Assembly: GCA_043228905.1 (NCBI GenBank)
Contig: JBHGNT010000018.1
Location: 11,346,001-11,410,000, forward strand
From: Azolla caroliniana
Lineage: Eukaryota > Plantae > Polypodiophyta
Direction: 5' to 3'
DNA length: 64,000 nucleotides
Shown: in pieces, positions 55,805 through 64,000 of the stretch
Layout: every line of letters begins with the position of its first letter
Numbering within the stretch: position 1 is the stretch's first letter
Notes under the pieces: model-generated
What the model was told of the DNA's origin: nothing
Seen by the model: the letters and a program-made list of their open reading frames with translations, nothing else
Database searches by the model: none
Translations under genes and position numbers: made by a program

Positions 55805-58468
55805 ATGGAACCACAAACGCTGTCGAAAGCGGCCAGGAAATGGCTCAGGCAACACGAACTGGATGGGTTCTTGACCATCATGGAGGCACCACCGCACAAA
55901 GAAGCCGACCGGGTCATCAAGGAGCTCGACACAGAAGTCATCACCGAGGAAGCGATCCGTGCGGTAACAGGCCTTCCGGAGGGAGGTATTTTTCAGATCG
56001 ATAACCCAACCTCGGAGCAACTCATCCGATATTTCGGTGAGTACTCTCTAGCCGGCAAAGGCTATCGAACGCAGGGTGGCGAAGATCCGCTATTCAGGGA
56101 GATAGCTCGAGTGCTCCATGAGTACGGCCACGTGTACCTCCGACCCCCTGTCATGCCAAAAAATCGGGCAGGGATGATCATAGCCACCTATGAAGGGATC
56201 AAGGTGGACTGGCCGGTGTTGATTGCAGACGGTTTGTGCGCGGCAATCGACATGGTACGAGGAAAGGACGGCAAGGAGGGCTGGAAGCTGTGGCATGCCG
56301 TAGCTCAGTGGATAACATTGCTCGTGCCGCCGGTCGAGACCGTTCAGCCAAAGAAGCGGCCAAGATTATCGAAAGGAAGCACCTCGAAGCCCGCGTCCAA
56401 ACGACAGCAGCTGCTGGCGTTGAAGGCGACGAAAGGGAAGAAACGGCTCCCAGAACCGGAGGAGGTGTCACCGGTCCTACCCGTTAAGATAACCATACGG
56501 CGACCGAGACAGAAGGAACTGGAACCCTTGACGGCACATGCCATTAATCAGGAAGAGGAAACGGAGGAGCCAGTAGAGCACCTCCAACGACGGTCAAGAA
56601 GTAGGACCGCCGGGACAGCGGGGGAGCGTTCGGACCCGCAAAAGGAAGAAACGCCCCCAACTCAACCTGAGCAAACCGCAAGGGAGGAACCGGAATCGGT
56701 GCGTATAGAACCGGCCTTGTCGACTTCTATACAAGAAGTCATTCCAACGGCTCCGGAGACGGCGAGAACCGGAACTCAACAGCCGGCGAGCCCAGCCAGC
56801 ACACACAGCGGCCAAGGAGTAGAACCAGAACGGCAGATACAGGCACTCAGGCCAGACAATCCCACAGTGAACGAGCCGACCCGACTAGTACAGCAGCAAG
56901 GTACCAGTAGCATGTGGCTACGGTGGGTAGGCGAGCAGATCGCCGGAGCGGTCGAGTACATAGAGGCGGAGGAGAGAGCGCACCACGAACGGTTGCTCGT
57001 CACAACCGTAGATCTAGAGACGGCCCGGTCCAGAATCCGGAGCCTTGAACAAGACTTGGACAGGGTCACAAGGGAAATGGCTCAATTGGCTTTGACAACA
57101 CAAGTCCAAGCACCGGTGACTCCGGGCAATGTACAGAATAAAGCGTCAGATCAACCTGTACATAGCAATCAGACCCCGGCAACGGAAACCGTTCCGGAGA
57201 GAAATGCGGCACAAGCCCAAGAGCTTGCGGACTTAAAGGATGAGCTAGCTGCCCAAGAAGCGCTGAGGAGCCGCGAAAGAGAGTTGAAGACGGCAGCGGA
57301 GGCAGAACTTAAAAAGACTGCTGAGAATCTACGCCGGGCCGAGGAGAGCTTACGAAAAGGCCACCAAGCGTACGACCGGCTCAAGGAGGAGAAGGAGAAA
57401 GTGCTGCAAGAGAAGGACAGGCTCCGGAGAAATGCCGAAACAGAAGTAGAGCGCCTGAAAGAGGAACTCCGGCAGCTAAAGGACCGGGAGGACCGGAACC
57501 ATCGCCAGATCAACGGCAAGCTCAAACAAAAAACGGAGGAATTTGAGCACTTGCACCGGGAGTATAAACGGTTGCAAACGGAGCACAAGGAACAGACGGA
57601 TGAGCTCCGGCAAGCAGTTGATCGGACCGCAACGGCATACGCTAATGAACAAGCGGAAACCAGAAGACGGTTGGAAGAGGCGGAGAAGGTTCGGACAGAG
57701 CTCCTCAGGCAACAGCAGGCGGAAAAAGAAAGAGCGGCGGAGGTACTGCAGAGGCTGCAAACAACATATCAAGGGCAGCTGACGCGCTACAGAGAGCAGG
57801 CGGAGGATACGACTAATCTCATCAAGCAGTTGAAGGAGGAACGACAAGTTGTGGAAAGTAGAGCGCAAATGGGAGCAAGTCGCATCCAGGATATCATGCG
57901 GGCCTGGTTGAACCAGACCAAGAGCTTGATTGACAACGGTTCCGTCAAATGGTGGACCAAGTGGGCCATGAACGCGGCGGAACTCCAATTGCTCCGGGCC
58001 GACGTAGAGAACCGGCGGAAGGAGGGAGATGATTGCTATATGCTGACTTCCGAAGACTTCACCGGCATAAGAGATGAGCTGGCCGAAGACTTTCAAGCCT
58101 TGGCAGAGGACCAACTAGGGCAAGTCCGGAAACTTGTAGCTCAGCTGGACGACGATAGGCTGGACGCGCAGATCCAGTTTGAAAGCTACGAGAGGTCCCA
58201 GATCCGGGAAGAGAAAGCACGAGAACCGGTTACGGTCAACCTCAGTGATTAGGAACCGTTACTGGAAGGAGACCGGACCGGAAGCAGTCAAACGGAGATG
58301 CCGGAGTCAGAGAAACAAACGGAGCAGCCGCCTATAGAGCAGCCGGAGCAGTCTCAGTCCCAACCGCAACCACAGCAGCAGCAGCAAGCACAGCCGCAAC
58401 AACCACAACCGGAAGAACAATTGGAAAATCTGGAACAAAGTATTTTGGACAATTTGGGTGAACAATGA
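55805..58468 (+). CDS. Extra ORF of D2 in the env position: globular N-domain, Pro/Glu linker, long coiled coil, Gln-rich tail; one internal TAG at 58250-58252
   Basis: Open for 815 codons from ATG 55805 (MEPQ; D1 has MDPQ at the homologous site). 71 more sense codons follow the TAG, up to TGA 58466-58468. Confidence 0.85.
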
Positions 58469-58520
58469 AGGGGCCGAGAAGGGTTCGACGTACAAGGTAC
58501 TGTCCCACGGGCGTGCCATG

Positions 58521-58939
58521 TGTTACCGGCCGGCAAGGAGTCCAAAATACGGAGTGAAGGAATTAATTAAGTATGGTTGTAAATAAGCATAGTGTGGACG
58601 GACGGACTGGAAACGGTATGCCGTTCCAGATCTCGACGGATCCCGAATAGGTGCGATAGGCACCGTTTTGTACTACGGGCCGGAAACCTATTTAAAGGCC
58701 CGGACCCCATTGTAATCGCAACGGATAATTAATAGAGCGTATGGTGTTTATACTTCTGTGTTGATGTCCGTTCTATACTTACTGTTATATCTTACGCGTG
58801 TAATTAACAAAAGCGCTCTAATCGTGTAACCTACTTAGGTCGGTGTAATTGTTGAGTCATAATCCTATGCCGTAACCACCCTTTGGTGAAGTGTCTCCGT
58901 GACACCTTGTGTTAGGCCTTGTCCGGTCAGAGAATAACA
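58521..58939 (+). repeat. D2 3' LTR
   Basis: 414/419 identical to the 5' LTR. Followed by the TSD. Confidence 0.97.
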
Positions 58940-61900
58940 GTTTCGGCAAGCAATACAGTGCACAACCTGCTTGAATTCCAGACACTCGGCTCTAGAATGC
59001 ACTATGAGGACGCAATGTGTAATCTGTCAATCCAAGAGCCATATGACGGATAGGTGCGAGTATAATCTGTTGAACCGGCAAGCACCGCCCGTCCGACAAA
59101 TTGAGCCATGCAGCAGCCGGGATGAAGAAGACGAACGCTGGCGGCGAATGGACCGCGACCGACCGGCACTGGATGTCCGGCATGGCGATCGACGGGAAAA
59201 TGATGTCCGGTACGATGATCGGAGGGATAACTATGACTGGCATGATCGGTACCAGGGTTACAATAGACGATACGAACATTACGACCGGGAGCACTCCCCC
59301 GGGTATCGTCAGCAACGGGAGGAATACGGCAGATATAACGGGCAACCCCGTCAAGAGTACCGTAATAAGAAGAGCTATAACAAAAAATGGCATTTTAAAA
59401 AAGGCGGCTACCCCCGGGATCCGGAACAAGGAGCTCCAAGCAGCCAACCGGTACAAAACCCCGCGCGTACCGCAGGACCTGCCCCGAGTACAACAGACAA
59501 TGCCGAATCTAGCAATACCCAGAAAGCCTACTGCTACTACTGCCGACAGGAAGGCCATTATAGTAACCAATGCCCGGTGAAGAGCTATGAAAAACGATCG
59601 GCGGTAAATATGGTAGTCCCTGAGGTGGCAGATCTGCAGCAGGTGACCACAAGGTCGAAGGGCATGGCCAAGGAATGGGAGACGCAGGAGACCATCCGGA
59701 AACAAGCAACGGAATGCGTAAAGAAAGCAAACGAATAGAATGTCACAGACTTACAACGGCAAAAGGAGAACACCGCAGGGCTTGCCGGCGGTAGTCACTC
59801 CGAGAACGAGACATGGCAGGCGTTGCAAGAGTGCCAGATTACGTTGTCACTAGGAAGACTCCTACAACTCGTGCCAAGATTCACGGAAGGACTGAAGACG
59901 GCCATGACGGCAGGAGAACCATCATCGGCACCGGTACTCTTCTCGAATCCGGAGGAGGGACCAACGGTGGTGGACACCAGTAGTCCGGTAATCACTGCCA
60001 TTGTAAAAGGGAAAGAACTCCCCGGCACAGTTATAGACGGAGGCTCTGGGGTGAATGTAATAAGCCTCCGGACGTGTGATGCCCTAGGAATCCACGAGTG
60101 GGAGCCATGTCTGTTCTGGTTGCGGATGGCCGATACAAGCTCAGTGCGGCCGACAGGATTAATATGGAAATTAGAAGTCACCGTCGGCGGTCATACATTT
60201 TACATCTCGGCCGTAGTGCTACAATTACAGGCACAAGGCGCATACCCGCTATTGCTAGGGCGGCCATGGTTGAAAACGGCACATATCAAACAGAATTGGC
60301 GGAAAAATATAATTACCTTCCGGCGAGGAAAAGCCAAGGTACGGGTACCAACACAACCAAGGATGAGCACTGGCAAGGAATATACACCATTGTATGCGGT
60401 ATGCGTCAACATGCTAGAAGGGTTAGCGGACCAAGAAGAAGCTCAGTACCTGCAGGAAAACCCGAAGATCATACCCCTCTTCGAAATTGACATTGTCGAA
60501 GCAGTAGCACCATACTTACCGCAACCGGAAGAGGCTGAAGCAGAACCGGATAAAGACGCAATCCGGGAGTTACGGCAAGTGGAGGAAGCATTGGAACGGG
60601 AAATGGCCGTTTCACAGCGCGTAAAAGTGTCGCAACTGGAAGAGGTGAACCTAGGCACCACGGATGAAGCAAAATCGGTGCACATCGCCAAGTAGATGAA
60701 GTCAGAAGACAAAACGACGATGATCACACTTCTCACGGAATTTCGCGATGTGTTCGCCTGGTCATACGAAGACATACGAGGACTTGACCCTCAGTTATAC
60801 CAGCATCAGGTGCACTTGAACAAGGACGCAAAACCAGTGGCACAAAGACGGTACCGGATGAATCCCAATTATGCCGCCAAAGTAAAGGAGGAAATCGACA
60901 AACTGCTAAGAGTTGGCTTTATCCGTCCGGTAAAGAAAGCGACATGGCTGAGCCCGATCGTAGTCGTACTGAAGAAGAACGGAAAAATTCGAGTTTGCGT
61001 GGACTACCGGAAACTCAATGCGGCTACGGTAACGGATACATTTCCACTTCCGTTCACAGATGGAGTGTTGGATGCCGTCGCCGGCCATGAGGTCTATAGC
61101 TTCCTAGACGGATTCAGCGGGTATAATCAGATCCGGATGCACCCCGACGACCAAGAGAAAACGGCATTCGTCACTGAATGGGGGGTGTTTGTGGCCGTGG
61201 TGATGATGTTCGGACTCAAAACAGCACCGGCAACATTTCAACGAATCATCATGGAAATCTTTGGTGAATATATACCGGCTTTAATGCAGGTTTTCCTTGA
61301 CGATTTCGCCGTCTATAGCCGGGAGGAGGACCATTTTCAGCACCTCTGTCTTTGTCTAGAAAAGTGTAGAGCGTACCGGCTAAGCTTGAATCCGGCAAAG
61401 TGTGTATTTGGCGTGTCCAGTGGAACCCTACTAGGACATATTGTGAGCCAGGAAGGTATTGCAGTCGACTCGGACAAAGTGAAAGCCATATTAGAAGCAC
61501 CGGCGCCGGCAACGGCAAAGGCATTAAGCCGGTTCTTAGGCCAGATCCGGTGGCACAGCCGGATGCTCCGATACTTAGCCGACCTGGCTACACCGTTGCA
61601 TGCCGCCGTACATCGGACACCATTCCAGTGGACCGACACCAAGGATAGAGCGTATAGGGCCCTCAAGGTACTATTGTTGTAGGCACCGGTAGTACAACCT
61701 CCGGATTGGAGTAAAGAATTTCACGTGTTCGTAGACGCCTCTGACATCGCAATCGGAAGCGTACTTATGCAACTTACGGAGCCAAAATGGTACCGGCCAG
61801 TGTACTATGCCAGCCGAAAGCTATCCCAAGCAGAATGAAACTACTCTACCACGGAACGGGAAGCCCTAGGGATGATCTACAGTGTGACAAAGTTTCAGCA

Positions 61901-64000
61901 TTATTTATTGGGAAGGAAGTTTTCCTTCCATGTAGATCATTCGGCACTCCTTTACCTGGTGTCCAAAGCGTCACTCACCGGCAAATTGGCCCGGTGGACC
62001 TTACTGTTACAGGAGTTCGAGTTTGAAATATTCCACCGACCCGATATACAACATGTCGTGGCGGATTACTTAAGCCGATTAGAGTCCGGAGAGACGGGTG
62101 ATGGAGTAGCGGATGAGTTTCCGGATGCAGAGCTGTTTCGAGTCACTACGGAGACGGCAGCAGATGAGACAGTGGCACAGGAAGACAAATGGCTCACAAA
62201 TATGCACCAGTTTCTGAGCACAGGACTGCCTCCGGAAGAGATGAACCGGGACGAACGGAAACGCCTGGTGGTGCAAAGCCGACATTTCTGCTTACTGCAA
62301 GACACACTGTACCACAAGGGCGCGGACGGCATATGGAGACGGGCGGTGCGCAGCGATGAAAAGGAACTGATACTGAGGGAAGCCCATTGTGGAGTTGCCG
62401 GAGGTCACTATGCCGGAGATGCGACGGCTAGGAATATATGGCAAAGTGGCCTATGGTGGCCAACGACACTAAGAGATGCGGTACGATACGCAAAAGAATG
62501 TGACCTATGCTAGAGAATGGGCCAGCCAACGGAGCAAGCTCGTATGCCACACCAGCCGGTACTACCACTCGAGCCATTCCAGAAGTGGGGGCTGAACTTT
62601 GTAGGACCCTTCAAGTCACCGGCAATGAGAACGGGTAATCGGTACGTCATCGTTGCTACGGATTATTGCATGAAATGGGTGGAGGCCAAAGCATTAAGGG
62701 ATAACACCGCTGCGTCAACGGCGAAGTTTCTATATGAGTACATCTGGTGCCGTTACGGATGCCCAATTGAATTAATAAGCGACCAAGGGGGGCACTTTCT
62801 CGGCCAAGTAGTGGAAAGCCTGACGACATTCTATGCCGTTGTCCACAAACGGAGCACACCTTACTATCCACAGGCGAACGGTTTAGCGGAATCAATGAAC
62901 AAGACGCTCCAGAATATCCTCCGGAAGATCGTCAACGAAAACTGGACGGATTGGGACACAAAGCTACATAGCGCGCTTTGGGCATACCGGACGGCATACA
63001 AAACGAGCATCTGAACAACACCGTTCCGGTTAGCGTTCGGACTAGAGGCGGTCATGCCGGTAGAATTCCAAGTACCCAGCTTACGGATCCAGCTACAGAA
63101 ACGGCTGAACGAGAAGGAGTCGGAGGCAATACGGTTGACAGCGCTGTGTGAGCTCGAGGAACAACGACTAGCCAGTATCCTGCATTTAGAATTGGAGCAA
63201 CGGCGACGGAAAGCATTTGTCGATCGGCACAGGAAAGGTAACGAAAAAATGTTCGCAATCGGCAAACAGGTGTTAGTATTTCAGACCCGGATGGGCAAGA
63301 TGCCGGGTAAACTACGGTTTAGATGGACCGGACCGTATTGGCTAACACGAGAGTATAATGGGTCCTACCAGTTAGGGACACTTGCTGGCGAAGTGCTAGG
63401 CAAATGGGTCAACGGATTCCGGTTGAAGCCATATAGAGGACCGATGCCTAAGAACCCATTTGAGCAAAGGACCGACACCAGTGAGGGAAACGGCAACCAC
63501 CAAGACGCCAGAGAAGGCGAGCCGGTAACTGGGGAGAATGAGGCCGGTAAGGTTCTGAGAGGACCAACGGACAAGTGACGTCACACTAAATTAAATTATA
63601 ATTATAGAAAAAAAATAAAAAAATAAAAAAATAAAAAATAAAAATAAAAAATATAAAACAATCATGCAAAAGCGAGGAATGAATGGATGAAAGAGCGAGG
63701 AGCGAAAAGGTACGTAGTGGGCATTTAAAGCGCCACCATAGGACATAATGCTATTTTAGTACACGACATGCACACACTCGAAAAAGGCGCTAGAATGCAC
63801 AGACAATACCATTGCGCGTAGAGACCCTTTACTTTCGCGAACCTAGGAGCACAGAAGCACCAAGATGCTGCAAGATCATCAGACGAGAACCTGCGCATAG
63901 AGAACCCCCGCCTTCTGAACTCTCTCTCTCTCAACCTCACTCTCATCACCATCCAACCTCGCCACCGCAATCCGACCTCGACACAGAAATGGACCCGCAA

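Larger units (their letters stand above)
49051..58939 (+). mobile_element. Complete, young non-chromovirus Ty3/gypsy element (D2, 9889 bp) with a 3' extra ORF
   Basis: LTRs 49051-49469 and 58521-58939 (419 bp, 5 differences by eye). TSD GTTTC at 49046-49050 and 58940-58944. PBS TGGCGACCAC 49476-49485. No chromodomain and no second RNase H. Integrase ends GKLRFRWTGPY...VNGFRLKPY (Athila-like). Confidence 0.97.
47411..64000 (+). mobile_element. Older non-chromovirus Ty3/gypsy element (D1), interrupted at 49051-58939 and running off the window
   Basis: 5' LTR 47411-47845. PBS TGGCGACCACA (tRNA-Arg-like) at 47853. gag from 47899 resumes at 58940 in register (DLRF|RQAIQC). PR DGGSG, RT FLDD, RH and IN up to 63578 with about 8 premature stops. 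The extra ORF starts MDPQ at 63989. Confidence 0.95.

Noticed and set aside
49548-58545. Many 60-250-aa minus-strand ORFs over D2
   Set aside because: Antisense shadows of GC-rich coding sequence with no recognisable motifs.

Overview
Eukaryotic land-plant genomic DNA, probably a non-seed plant such as a fern, lycophyte or bryophyte (inferred from the transposon types, not proven). The window holds one host gene: an 11-exon, minus-strand phosphatidate cytidylyltransferase (CDP-diacylglycerol synthase, CDS1/2-like). I reconstructed its 420-aa CDS exon by exon from 37116 to 15659, with all introns GT-AG and in phase. Three introns are enlarged to 3.7-8.2 kb by RTEX-like LINE copies in both orientations, a Copia relic and a solo LTR. 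Left of the gene (1-14.2 kb) is a nest of an LTR, a tRNA-Trp-primed Ty3/gypsy element, three Ty1/copia relics and a 3.2-kb hAT-type element. Right of it (38.3-64 kb) is a nest about six levels deep. It ends in a young, almost intact 9.9-kb non-chromovirus gypsy element (419-bp LTRs differing at 5 sites, GTTTC target-site duplication) inserted in a relative of its own family. That element has a large extra coiled-coil ORF after pol, no obvious polypurine tract (PPT), and conserved stem-loops at the U5/primer-binding site (PBS). Other leads are tRNA-like cassettes in two LTRs, inverted intronic LINE copies around exons 4-7, and a duplicated exon end with an intact splice donor. Coordinates were counted by hand; no searches were run.
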